From Lama glama (Eukaryota): DNA of 63,813 bases. The notes beneath the pieces are model-generated. The model ran no database searches. It saw only the letters and a program-made list of their open reading frames with translations, and was not told the origin of the DNA. Each line of letters starts with the position of its first letter. Positions within the stretch are counted from its first letter, which is position 1. Shown one piece after another: positions 25,751-37,489 of the stretch. The stretch covers positions 56,608,001-56,671,813 of the forward strand of contig CM052817.1 in NCBI GenBank assembly GCA_028534125.1, read 5' to 3'. A program made the translations under genes and the position numbers.

Positions 25751-27297
25751 CTGACTTGAACCACACCCTGTTGCCAGCCAAAGACCACCATACTCAAGAA
25801 GTTTCTTGTCTAGATATGACAGCTTTTAGATCACATTCCTAACGGCTTAGCTGACAGATTTGATGGATTGATGGATGTAAGAAAAAGAAAAAAATAGTAA
25901 AAATATAATTACTAGCCATTGTTCAGGCATTCATTGACTGTTGTGCATGATTTATTTTCTTTTTGTGGTAAGAACAAATAAACCCATAGAGATTATAGAA
26001 GCAAGTTCTGTTAATATGACTATGCTTGGTTAAATGGAATTTGTTTAAAAAGATCAAAAACAACAATTAGGCTGAGAACTCAGAGAAGAAACAATCAAAT
26101 ATACACACATAAAAAGTTTGATTTCATGTTGAAGTTTGGCAAATGCTTTGAAATTGAATGCTTTTCACTTACTGCTTCAAATCTCTGCCCTAGATGACTC
26201 TTGGAAATACAATGAAATACCAATGTATACCTGTATTCTTTGGTATAGTATGTTTTTGTTTTGAGAATGAGGCAATTCACTGGGAAACTTTCTTTTAAAA
26301 ATTAGGCACTATAAATTATATCTCTTCTTATTTATGTCAGCAGCATGATTTTGCCAGTTAGGAAAATGATAAGTGGATTCCTATTGTGTTCAAGAAGAAT
26401 TCACACTGAGCTACTAAATATTAGCAGTGTTTTGTAACTTATTTTGAGGAGCATTACAACTCCTTTAACCCCAAGAATAAAATAACTTATGTTTATTTTG
26501 CACAAGAAAGGTATACAGGTAAAAGAGATGCTTTTCTCCCATACAATAACTAATAGAACTCTTATTTTATGATATATGAACAGGTGACATTTGGGTGCCA
26601 CAGAAAGGTTTGCCTAACAATATATTAGGAATTAATGATCTTTTATAAAGTAAAAAGTTGCCTAGGAAACAGAGTGATGAGATTCATCTCAGGATGCAAA
26701 TAAGTGTTTCTTTAGCATTTACAGACTAATCATGCAAACAACAAATATGTATGGGGTATCTATTACATGAAATATATTAATGATGTTCTATGTTAGTGAA
26801 AAGATTTCTTTAAATGAATAAATTAATTTCTTCCAGTAACTTACCTTGTAATTCAAACATAAAAAACATGTTTCACTCATGTTGTCCCTCATCCTTTCTG
26901 GCCCTAGGTAATCATGACTTATCAAAGACACTCCACCTGAGCCCTGACTAAGCCACCTAAACCATCTCAACACATTAATTCTTCTTGGTCTCAAATGAAT
27001 CTCTGAGTTGGAGTACAAGCTGACCTCTGTTAGCCAAACTTGCTGAATATATTGAAGATAAGCAGAAAAGAAAAGGAGACAAACATTTAAGGGATACCTA
27101 TTCTGCGCAACACACAAAGGGTGGATTTTTAAAAAGATAAAAGAATATATTCTAGATGCAGTTGGGACATGTGTAAACAGAGGCAGGAAAAAATGGCTTA
27201 ATTCAGTATAATCATTTAGCTAGTCAACAATCAAAGCAAAACAGAAACTAATGAGTTTCCCCTCAAGTTTAAATAAAAACACCATTGTCTAATACTT

Positions 27298-27364
27298 ACT
27301 ATATATATATATATACACACACACACATATATATATATTATATATATTATTATATATATATATT
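27298..27364. repeat. Compound (TA)n(CA)n(TA)n microsatellite
   Basis: Directly visible in the sequence. Confidence 0.95.
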
Positions 27365-27464
27365 ACAGTTACTAACAGTGCTTTATGGAACATTAGCACT
27401 GTGCAAGCGCCATAAGAAGAGCGATCAATCAATTAAAGGAACCATGCATATTACTTACTTATTC

Positions 27465-28060
27465 ATTCAGCTAATAATTACTGAGCACTTATTTTGTGCC
27501 AAGTACCTTATCAGGCACTGGAGCTACAAAAGTGAAGTAAAGTTAAAATGCCTAATTGGGATTGTTGAAAAATAAAAAATGAAAAATACACATATATAAT
27601 ATTTCAGATGATGATAAATGTTATTTTTAAAAAGCCAGTGAGAATGAAAGTGAATTTTTTTAACAAAAGACATTTAGGAAAGATCTTTTTTCAGAAGGAG
27701 ACTTTTGAGCATAGAGCGAAATGCAGACTTCAAGGGAAAGGGTATACTGGGCAGAGTGTAGAGCAATTGTAAAAGCTCTGAGTTGAGAGTGTGCTTGGTG
27801 TATTCAAGGCACCATAAGGATGCCACTGTGGCTGACACAGAATGAGTGATAAGATTAACAAGGTTGGGTCATGTAGGAGACTTGAAGTCATTCAGGAAAT
27901 CTGTCCTTCTGCTAATTGATTTGGGAAGACAATGGAAGGCTTTGAGCAGAGAACAGATGAGATCTGATGTATGTTTTAGATGGTACAACAGAAGCCATGT
28001 GGAGACTATACAATAGAAACAAAAAACATGAAAGGCAGGAAACTACTTTGGAGACTATTT
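27465..28060 (-). mobile_element. L2 LINE fragment
   Basis: ttattcattcagctaataattactgagcacttattttgtgccaag ... aatggaaggctttgagcagaga ... gatctgatgtatgtttta. Confidence 0.8.
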
Positions 28061-28190
28061 CAATATTATAAACTCATTTGGAAAACAATCAAGGAGCCAA
28101 AAATCACTGTATTGATAGAGATATAGCCCTATTACACATTAACACATACTATAAAGCCTCTGTAAGTCTGAGAAGGATTGGTATGAGCTC
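28060..28190 (+). mobile_element. Old L1 ORF2 fragment; appears to continue at about 30430-30490
   Basis: aaactcatttggaaaacaa ... acatactataaagcctctgtaa ... ttggtat resembles L1 ORF2 (KFIWK...YYKATVIKTVWYW). gaaatagactaatagat follows after the young L1. Confidence 0.5.
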
Positions 28191-28192
28191 TC

Positions 28193-30430
28193 TATTTAAG
28201 ACAAACCTACAGCCAGCATAATACTAAATGATGAAATGCTTAAAGCCTTTCCTCTAAAATCTAGAACAAGACAAGGATGCCCACTCTCACCACTTCTATT
28301 CAATATAGTATTGGAAGACCTAGCTATAGCCATTAGACAAGAAAAAGAAATAAAAAAGATCCAAATTGGAAGACAAGACGTAAAATTGTCATTATATGTG
28401 GATGACATGATACTACATACAGAAAACCCTAAAGGTTCCACACAAAAACTACTAGAGCTAATAAAAGAAGTTGGCAAGGTAGTAGGATACAAGATTCACA
28501 TACAGAAATCAGTGGCATTTCTTTACACTAACAATGAAATATCAGAAAAGGAAAGAAAAGAAACTATTTTAAAATTGCATCCAAAAAAATAAAATACTTA
28601 GGAATAAATCTGACCAAGGAAATGAAAGACTTACATGCAGAGAACTACAAAACACTGACTAAGGAAATTAAAGATGACTTAAAGAAATGTAAAGATATCC
28701 CATGTTCTGGGATTGGAAGAATTAATATTATTAAAATGGCCATACTACCCAAAGCAATCTACAGATTTAATGTGATACCTATCAAATTACCCAGGAAATT
28801 TTTCACAGAATTAGAACAAATATTCCTAAAATATGTATGGAATCACAAAAGACCCAGAATTGCCACAGCATTACTGAAGCTGGAGAAACAACCCTCTCAG
28901 ACTTCAGACAATACTAGAGAGCTACAGTAATCAAAACAGCATGGTATTGGTACAAAAACAGACATATGGATCAATGGAACAGAATGGAGAGCCCGAAATA
29001 AACCCACAAACTTTGGTCAATTAATCTTTGACAAAGGAGGCAAGAACATACAATGGAGTAAAGACAGTCTCTTCAGCAAATGGTGCTGGGAAAACTGGAC
29101 AGCTGCATGTAAATCAATGAAGTTAGAATACTCCCTCACACCATACACAAAACTAAACTCAAAATGACTGAAAGACTTAAACATAAGATGAGACACTATA
29201 AACCTCTTATAAGAAAACATAGGCAAAACATTCTCTGACAAAAATCTCAGCAATGTTCTCCTACAGCAATCTACCCAAGCAATAGAAATAAAGGCAAAAA
29301 TAAACAAATGGGACCTAATTAAACTTATAAGCTTTTGCACAGCAAAGGAAACCATAAGAAAGACAAAAAGACAACCTATGGAATGAGAGAAAATATTTGC
29401 AAATGATGAGACTAACAAGGGCTTAGTCTCCAGAATATATAAACAGCACATACAACTTAATAAGAAAAAAATGAACAACGCAATCCAAAAATGAGTGGAA
29501 GACATAAACAAACAATTCTCCAATGAAGACAAACAAATGGCCAATAGGCACATGAAGAACTTCTCAATATCACTAATTATGAGAAAAATGCAAATCAAAA
29601 CTACAATGAGGTATCATCTTATACCAGTCAGAATGGCCATCACTCAAAAGTCCACAAATGATAAATGCTGGAGAGGGTGTGGAGAAAAGGGAACCCTCTC
29701 ACATTGTTGGTGGGAATGTAGTTTGGTGCAGCCATTATGGAAAACTATGGAGATTCCTCAAAAGACGAAAAACAGACTTACCATATGATCCAGCAATACC
29801 ACTCCTGGGCATAGATCCAGAGGGAACCTTAATTCAAAAAGATGAATGTACCCCAATGTTCATAGCAGCACTATTTACAGTAGCCAAGATATGGAAACAA
29901 CCTAAATGTCCATCAACAGATAATTGGATAAAGAAGATGTGGTATATTTATACAATGGAATACTACTCAGACATAAAAAAGAATAAAATAATGCCATCTG
30001 CAGCAACATGGAGGAACCTGGAGACTGTAATTCTAAGTGAAGTAAGCCAGAAAGAGAAAGAAAAGTACCATATGATATCACTTATATGTGGAATTAAAAA
30101 AAAAAAAAGACAAACTTATTTACAAAGCAGAAACAGACTCACAGACATAGAAAACAAACTTACGGTTACCAGTGGCAGGGGGAAGAGGGTAGGAAAGGAT
30201 AAATTGGGAGTTTGAGATTTTCAGATACTAACTAATATACATAAAATAGATAAACAACAAGTTTTTACTGTATAGCACAGGGAATTATATCAATATCTTG
30301 TAATAACTTATGATGAAAAAGAATATGAAAACAAATATATGTATGTTCCTATATGACTGAAGTATTATATTGTACACTAGAAATTGACACATTGTAAACT
30401 GACTGACTATATGTCAATAAAAAACAAAAA
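28193..30430 (+). mobile_element. 5'-truncated lineage-specific L1 (ORF2 RT to C-terminus, 3' UTR, poly(A)), disabled
   Basis: RT motifs [15 protein letters not shown] and LYVDDM (YVDD at 28395-28406), plus [17 protein letters not shown] and [11 protein letters not shown]. Multiple stops and frameshifts. The 3' end is attgacacattgtaaactgac...tcaataaaaaacaaaaa. Confidence 0.97.
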
Positions 30431-30846
30431 GATAGATACAAGAATGAAATAGACTAATAGATTTAAAGATTCAAATGGCTCTAGGAACAAAATAAATGCT
30501 TAATAAATTTTAAACATTTAAATTTGTTTTTCATTTCAGATACCCTGACCTCCAAAGCCCAGCTGCTGTACAATGTTTGGGCAGCAGTATTATAGACTTA
30601 GCAAGGTTGTTTCTCAGCTATCACTAATATGAATACATTCCCTAAGACAGTTCAGTAGGTATCCTGACACACTACTGTGTGTCACCACTTTGATTACTCA
30701 AAATCCCCAGGATTCTGAAAAGTATCAAAGCAACAGTCTGGCCTAAATTCATAAGAATCTTTTCTAAGACTCAGGGAAAATAAAGACAATTAAGTTCCTC
30801 ATCCAGGAAGCATGGAATGAAATTCTCAGGAATTATATGCCCTAGA

Positions 30847-31045
30847 ACAATGATTTATACTTCGAGATACATCAAAATCACCTAAACTGCTTATTAAATA
30901 CATACATTCTGCTTTTATTTATATTTTGTATATCAAATCAGAATGTATCCATTCTGTTCACTAGATATGTGGTGAGTCCCGATATAGGTCTGAGCCAAGC
31001 TCACAGATAATCCCAATATAAACCAAAGTTTAAGAATCATTAACT
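30847..31045. mobile_element. MER5-like hAT-Charlie MITE (degenerate)
   Basis: catcaaaatcacct...cttattaaatacatacattctg ... ccaaagtttaagaatcatt. Confidence 0.5.
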
Positions 31046-31050
31046 TCAAG

Positions 31051-31261
31051 CAAGGGTTGACAACCTTGGCCTAAGGGCCAAGTCTGGCTCAGTACCTGAT
31101 TCTGTCAATGAAATTTTATTAAAATATACTCAGTCATTTACATGTTACCCATGGCTGGTTTTACACTACCATGGCAGAAGCTGAGTAGCTGAAACAGAGG
31201 ACACAGGAGCTGAAAAAGCCTATTTACTCTGGCTCTTTACAGAAAAAGTTTGCATCTCTTG
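31051..31261 (+). mobile_element. MER58A-like hAT DNA transposon
   Basis: caagggttgacaac...gggccaagtctggc ... tatttactctggctctttacagaaaaagtttgc. The length of about 210 bp fits. Confidence 0.8.
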
Positions 31262-33789
31262 GCTTAGAGGCATGGCATAAAAGTGGACGTATCACATAGA
31301 AAAGATTGAATTATCTTTTGCCAGCCCAGACAATAGGAAATGGAACCATTTTCAGAATGTCTAGTTATATTAATTTTAAGAAAGCTACACACCATGAAGA
31401 GCTTCTTTCAAAAGGAAAGAAATGGAAAGAATCCCTTGCAAACCCATTTCTCCTCATTTTTCAAGGTAAAAAAACAGGAGGTCATAGCTCTATGTCCTTC
31501 TCAGCTTTTTTTGTTTTTAATTTCAAGCACACATTAGCTATAAACTTTAAGACCAAATCAGGGATAACTGAAATCAAACAGAATGGGAGTTAATGCACAT
31601 TAGGCTCTAAGATTTTATTTTGACATAAGTTTGATTGAAGCTAGATGTTTGTGGCAAAGCGAACTATTTTCAAAAATTATACTAACTGCATCAAAATATC
31701 CAAACTAATTAATTTCAAAATGATTGTTTCTTATGACATTTCTGGCATTACCCTCTACTTGGATGAATGCAGGAAATAGCTCTGGAAGATAAAATAACGA
31801 CTCCTGTCCCTCTGTCTGCTCCACACACTTCATGTGAACCTGAACGCTGCTTACAAAGTCAGAATTCTATGAGAGAAAGTATTGATTTTTATCAACCTGG
31901 AAAGTGAAACAAGAGCGAGAATGACATTGCTAGTCATAGGGAGTTTGGTTCAGGTCAACCACCTCTAAGTTTTATGGGAATTGTTCAGAAATTACAAGTG
32001 TTGCACTAAAGGACTCTGACATAGGCTGGAAAACACATTTTGACATTGGGTAGTGTTCAGCCTCTGTTCTGACATGGTCAGTGAAATCCAGAGCATATTA
32101 AGTACACTACAGAGGTCCAAATGAGGCTGCTTTTGGTGGTGGCTTTTGGCCTGGATGAAGTACAAATTCTCATGCAAAGTTAATTCCACTGTGGCAAAGT
32201 GCTGTGTAAATCAGCCGGTTTGCTGCTGTGGCTGCTGCTCTGTTTCTGCTTGCACTTGTCCATGTTATTATCAAGGATGTCATTACATTAGGACATAATG
32301 TGACAGGTCCCTATAGATGAAAATGTGAACCAGCAGAGCAGGGGAAATGGCTTCATAGCCAACCTCTTCATGGTCTTCTCTCTTTAAATCTTTTGGTTTG
32401 TTGTTTTGTTTGAATTAAACCTAATCTTATTGGGGAAATGACTAAGCTCTGTTTTAGTTTTGATTGCTTACATTTTTCTTCTATAATTACAAGTCAGCCT
32501 CTACGAGTGGTTACACAGAAGTAAGTAACTATTGAGACATGTTATTTTTACCCTTTTCACTTTGGCGTTTTTTTTTCTTTTTATTATGCAGTGCTCTAGC
32601 GTTGTTAATATGTCTTAAACACTGCCCTTTACAAGCTTATACCAGAGGAAATGGGAGTTAACCCCTCAGTCCGGAAAAGCTTTTTACTCTAATGGGCTTG
32701 TAGGATTCAGTCAGTGCACTTTTAGCATCTTCTAGTTTGTGTGCTACCATCCCTGCCAACTGATAGACTTTCTTACTTAATAGAATCCCACTCACTTACC
32801 AGACTGTATTGAGTTGGCCAGCTGAGATTTTATATTAATTGATTAATTAACTAAAATGTAGTCAGTAAAGACAAACACAGTCAATATACTTTGAGTATCT
32901 CATTTAAGGGCAGCATTCTCAAATTTCCTAACCAAGAAAGAATTTGAATAAAAGCAAATCATTATGTTAATGGATTATGAAACAGGCTGGTTAAATCAAA
33001 GAGGTTTCAGAATTGGGATTTGTATTGGAAACTTTGTACCTATCCAGTGAAAGGGTAATGAGAGGTAATCACGAGAACTGGGATTCAGAATTGCTAATTT
33101 TTTATTCTAAGACCACCCTCCCCCAAAGGATGTCAATGTTAAAAATACATTCTGTGTGGGTGATTTCAGGGGCTTTGAGGATGCTCTAAAACTTGTCCTG
33201 AGGGTAAAATTCTGCACAGTTGCTGACACACATTATAAAATAGATGAAATGTCTCTAGAGTACTAACAAGATTTTTGATAGAAAATATTATATAATTGTT
33301 TTATAGCTGTTATTTTCCATTATATTTTACTGTATCATTACAATTTGTGGGGAGCAACTAAAATATTGCTTCAAGAATTAAAACACAAAAGAGACTTTTT
33401 CCCTTTGTATAAGGATTTTGGAGACTTCAAAGGAAGTTACCATATGGAAATTCAAGAACAATTACTTTTATTCTGATAATGTAATTAGAACCACACTCTC
33501 CTAGTTGTACTAAATTGATGATCAATTTTAGACTTAGGGTTTTATTCAAAATCAGTAACAGTTTCGCACAAGAAAAGATGCCACACTGAAGTAGATGCAT
33601 GAATAAATGACAAATAGATTAAAAGCATAAGCATAAAATACGTCAAGCAGAAAGAAAACTCAGCAAATATATTAATTGTTTGGCTTACTTATTGTGAGGA
33701 TAACGGCTTTTTTCAGATGAAGTCATTCAAAGGTAAGCCATTTATTATCATTTTCATTATGAAAAGCATTTAGTGATTCTGAGACACTC

Positions 33790-34910
33790 ATTAATTGACT
33801 CATTTATTCACTGAACAAATATTAACAGAAAACCTACTTGTGCCAGACACCATGGTACATGCTGAGGATATAAAGATTAAAGTGACAAAGTTGCTTTCCC
33901 AAAGAGCCCATATTCCAGCCTGGAAGACAGACATGCAAATAAACAATCTAATTTACTCAAGAGAGATGAGAAAAGACAAGTTCTACATATACAGAGGATC
34001 CTTGTGGGCAAAATTGATTTACTCAGGATGAGACAGGTCAGGGATGGGAGGGTTCCAACAAGACTTCACAGAGGAGTGCCTGCTGAGAAAAACAGACTGA
34101 TATTTTCATCCACTTGCTGAAATCTAAGCCTAGTCTATCTAATTGACAGGCCCCAAATACTGAATATATTAAATGTGCCTTGCTGCCAATAAAAATAATT
34201 CAGTGGAAAGCTGAAAACTGAAGTATGAATATGAATTGTTTTTGTTGTTTCCTAATAGTTTCATTTTTCACTGTTAAATATCTCATGAAATGTCAGCCTT
34301 TTGCAACATTAATTTCAGTTCAAAAAGCATAGTTGAGAGTCTGTTATACATAAAGCATGGAGCTGAGCACTGGTGTCATTGTAAAAGTAAATTAGCCATT
34401 CATGAGCTTAGTCAACCTGTTTATTTACTGAATGTGTTCCAAGTGCCAGGCATTGTGTAAAGCATAAGGGGTAAAAGAAAAAGGAAAGTAAACACAATCC
34501 TTGCCAGCAGAGTTAAATTCCCCTGAAGAAATGTAGGCATTAATCAAATAATCAAAAAAATGTATAATTATAAACTAATATAAAGAAACAGTAAAAGGGA
34601 TATCTAGGGAGTATAAGAGAGAGTTAATCTAATTTTAGGATCAGGGAGGCTTTCTTGGATAAAATGGTATTTCAAGTGAGAGCAGGAGGATGAGTTCAAG
34701 TTACATAAGAAGAAGGAATGTGAGTGTCAGGGTTTGAGGAGAGAGTGCAAGAGGCCATTCTGAACACAAGAACAGTGTCTGCAAAGGCCTCAAGAAAAGA
34801 GATCACATATTGGATTACTCAGAGCCTTCCAGATTATTTTAAGGATTTCAGTATCTATTCTTGGAAAAATATGAAGCTATTGAGGAGTTGGAGAAAGAAA
34901 ATATAGCCCC
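33790..34910 (-). mobile_element. Cluster of L2 3' fragments (about 33790-34090 and 34410-34910)
   Basis: catttattcactgaacaaatatt...cctacttgtgccagacac; tttatttactgaatgtgttccaagtgccaggcattgtg; gatcagggaggctttcttgga. Confidence 0.7.
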
Positions 34911-35026
34911 TGTCTCATAGAACTTAGAATGTGGCAGGAAGAACTTCACAGACACTAAAATTCAATTGGTAGTATGAAGAGGTTTTTCACTGTGGGATAA
35001 GGGAACAGAAAAGGGGAAACTTCACC

Positions 35027-35457
35027 TGTCAACCTAAAATTCTCAGGAGATAATGATAAATCAGTATTTATTAGGGATCAAAGAATTGTAATTTGGGGCA
35101 CACAGATTTGGGTGGCAACCCAAATAGTGTCCCATTTGAGGGAAAATTCAGGGATTTTTCAACACAAAAAGGAAAACTTATGTAAGTTGTTTACAAAGAA
35201 TTTTGATTGGTTTTGGTGACAGAAAGCTAGTCTTGGCTAACCATGATGGGTTGCTAAGTCTATCACTAAGCAAAAGTTTATTACTAGAGCAAGTTGCAGG
35301 TGTTCTTGCAGAGTTCTTGGAATATCTGCCGTTTGGCCCAGTCCAACAGTTAATGGTTCTACTCAGTGAAGACATGCATAAAGCCCACCTCCTTAATGGC
35401 CTCCTCTGTTTTAAAACCCCTTGACACAAGTGACTCCATTGTATTTCACCTTTCACA
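35027..35457 (-). mobile_element. ERV1-type solo LTR (MER31/MER67-like)
   Basis: The minus strand begins TGTGAAAGGTGAAATACAATGGAGTCACTTGTGTCAAG and ends ...TTTTAGGTTGACA. A minus-strand AATAAA lies at 35067-35072. Inserted in L2. Confidence 0.75.
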
Positions 35458-35459
35458 AG

Positions 35460-36125
35460 CTCAACCTGAGGAGCCAAAAGCCTCTCTGAGGAATAAAATG
35501 CCTGAATTGAGTCTCAAAGAAGGAGTAAAAATTATCACGAGAGAAGAAGTTAGACAGGTATTCCAGGCAAAGGAACAATCTGTATAAAGAAATGAAAATG
35601 TGAAATACATGATATAAATGGAATACAGACATTTTTTTCATTACCAGGGACTAAAAGGCAAGATGGAGTTGAAAGACGAGACTTTAACCTATGGGGCCAT
35701 AAAACCACGATAGGACTAGTAATTCATTCTAAAGGCAAGTGGTTAATAGGTGTTCAGCAGGTGATTGTAATGATTCACATCCTATATAGGTTATTCTGAA
35801 TTGAGTGGGGAGGATAGATTTAAGATGGCCAAGAATGAATGCATGGAGATTATTTAGGATACCATTCTAATAGCACAGGAGTGAGAAGATGAAAGTCTTA
35901 AGTAGAATGGTAATAGTGGGAGAGGGGAAGTACAGAAAGATTTGAGGCATAACTGGGAGGTAAATTTGGCAGGAATTAGTCATTAACTGGATATGATGCT
36001 GAAGGAAACAGAGAAATCTACAAAAACTTAGACAGTTTATTGCTTGGCTACCTGAGTGTATAGCAGATTCATTTAGTGACATGAATAACACAGAATCAGA
36101 TTTTTGGATAAAATATAATGAACTC
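35460..36125 (-). mobile_element. L2 LINE fragment
   Basis: gcctctctgaggaa...tgaattgagtctcaaagaaggagta ... ttccaggcaaaggaac ... ggaggtaaatttggcaggaatt. Confidence 0.7.
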
Positions 36126-36129
36126 AGAG

Positions 36130-37480
36130 ATGTGACTTCTAGAATGGCAGTGTGGGAAGTTTGAGGAAACTTCTCTCCCTAAGAGACGTCTATTAAACTG
36201 ATCTAAAGTAGCAGAGCCAATCATTCAACTTCTCTAGAAATTGATCAAAGGGCTTAGAATAATTCAAGAAACATTACTTCAACATAATCTCTGAAGCCCA
36301 GGGAAAAGAGCGGGAGGTCATGACATTAGAGCTAAAGGCGACATCCATACCCTGCAGCTTTGTGCTGATGAAGACTGTCCCAGCAGTTCCCATCTTCTTC
36401 AGGTCCCTGAGGTGGAAGAGCTATTCTGGGTGGATTCAATGGCCAGTGAACATCAGCCGACCCTACTTCCCAGAGCTCCATGCTGTAGAAGGCCTATACC
36501 GAGCAGGTGGTGGCCCAAGGCAGCGTGACCGTTCCTCCAGTCCCAACTCCCACTACACAGAGAGAGTACGGGTGCAGCAACACGAAGAGAACGTATAGTC
36601 TCCTACTTCCTCAAAACCCTGTGTTAAGGGAGAACTCCTGCAGTGGGCTCAGGAGCCGAAATGCAGATTCCATTTCCTCAGCATCCTGGGGTAGAAAAGC
36701 TATTCTGGGTAGATGTGACAGCCAGTGAATACTGGCAGATGCCAAGATTACCAGCTCCCCAACTCTGGGTTGCAGAAGATCTATAGTATGTGGTAGCAGC
36801 AGCCAGCCTGCCACACCCATTTCTGTTGCCATCCTGCCCCCACCACAAACACACAGCAGCACACATATAGGGAAGGCGCAGGTGGGGAAACTGGTGAAGG
36901 CTGAGTTCCAGTCTCCCCAGCTCTTGCTCTATAATGCAGTGCAGCGGTCCTGTACCATGCTGTATCCATCTCCCACGTCCACATCCAACCAGAGAAGGAT
37001 GGGGCAGACCTGAGTAACTGGCAACACCTTGCTCCTGCCAAAGGGCATAATTTTATTTGGTTCAGACTTTTACAAAATATAACGTAGGGCATTGTTGAAA
37101 ACAATAGATCAATCAGCTAGAAATTAACTGAATCTAGTAGCTGGATGTGATACCCATTAAGACAGATCAACCAGAAGCTAAATGGGAAGACCAGGGAAAG
37201 AACCTGTCAAGGAGGGCCTGGCTAAAACCAGAGTAATCCTGGGGGTCAAATACTATGTGCATGCCCTCTGAGGAGCAACCAGAGAGGGAAATCCTAAGTT
37301 GAAAGGCCCTGAACAAACACAGGGTGGCCTTGTAATGTCTCCGAACAGTGCAAGCAGTCTCTAAGCCAACTACCATGATGTTGAGAAAACAACACATAGG
37401 AATTAAAAAACAAACAAACAAGGAAGACTTGGCAATTATATGTGGAATAAACATCAGTGTGGAGCTGTGATTACTGGGCT
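36130..37480 (+). mobile_element. Old L1M 5' UTR / 5' region fragment
   Basis: gacttctagaatggcagtgtgggaag ... ctctagaaattgatcaaagggctta resembles L1M 5' ends. Locally GC- and CpG-richer. Confidence 0.65.
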
Positions 37481-37489
37481 AAGGTATGC

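Noticed and set aside
29017..29598. Longest ORF in the track (193 aa, minus strand)
   Set aside because: It is the antisense of L1 ORF2, a well-known spurious ORF.
28236..30215. Reverse-transcriptase ORFs as a possible novel RT system
   Set aside because: These are ordinary fragmented L1 ORF2 pieces with stops and frameshifts, and the endonuclease and ORF1 are missing.
30540..30658. Plus-strand acceptor tttttcatttcag and a short ctgctg/cagcag hairpin
   Set aside because: The donor is weak, all frames are closed, and the hairpin is too short for a miRNA precursor.
36320..37104. Cluster of overlapping ORFs in a GC/CpG-richer patch (possible promoter or exon)
   Set aside because: Explained by an old L1 5' region.
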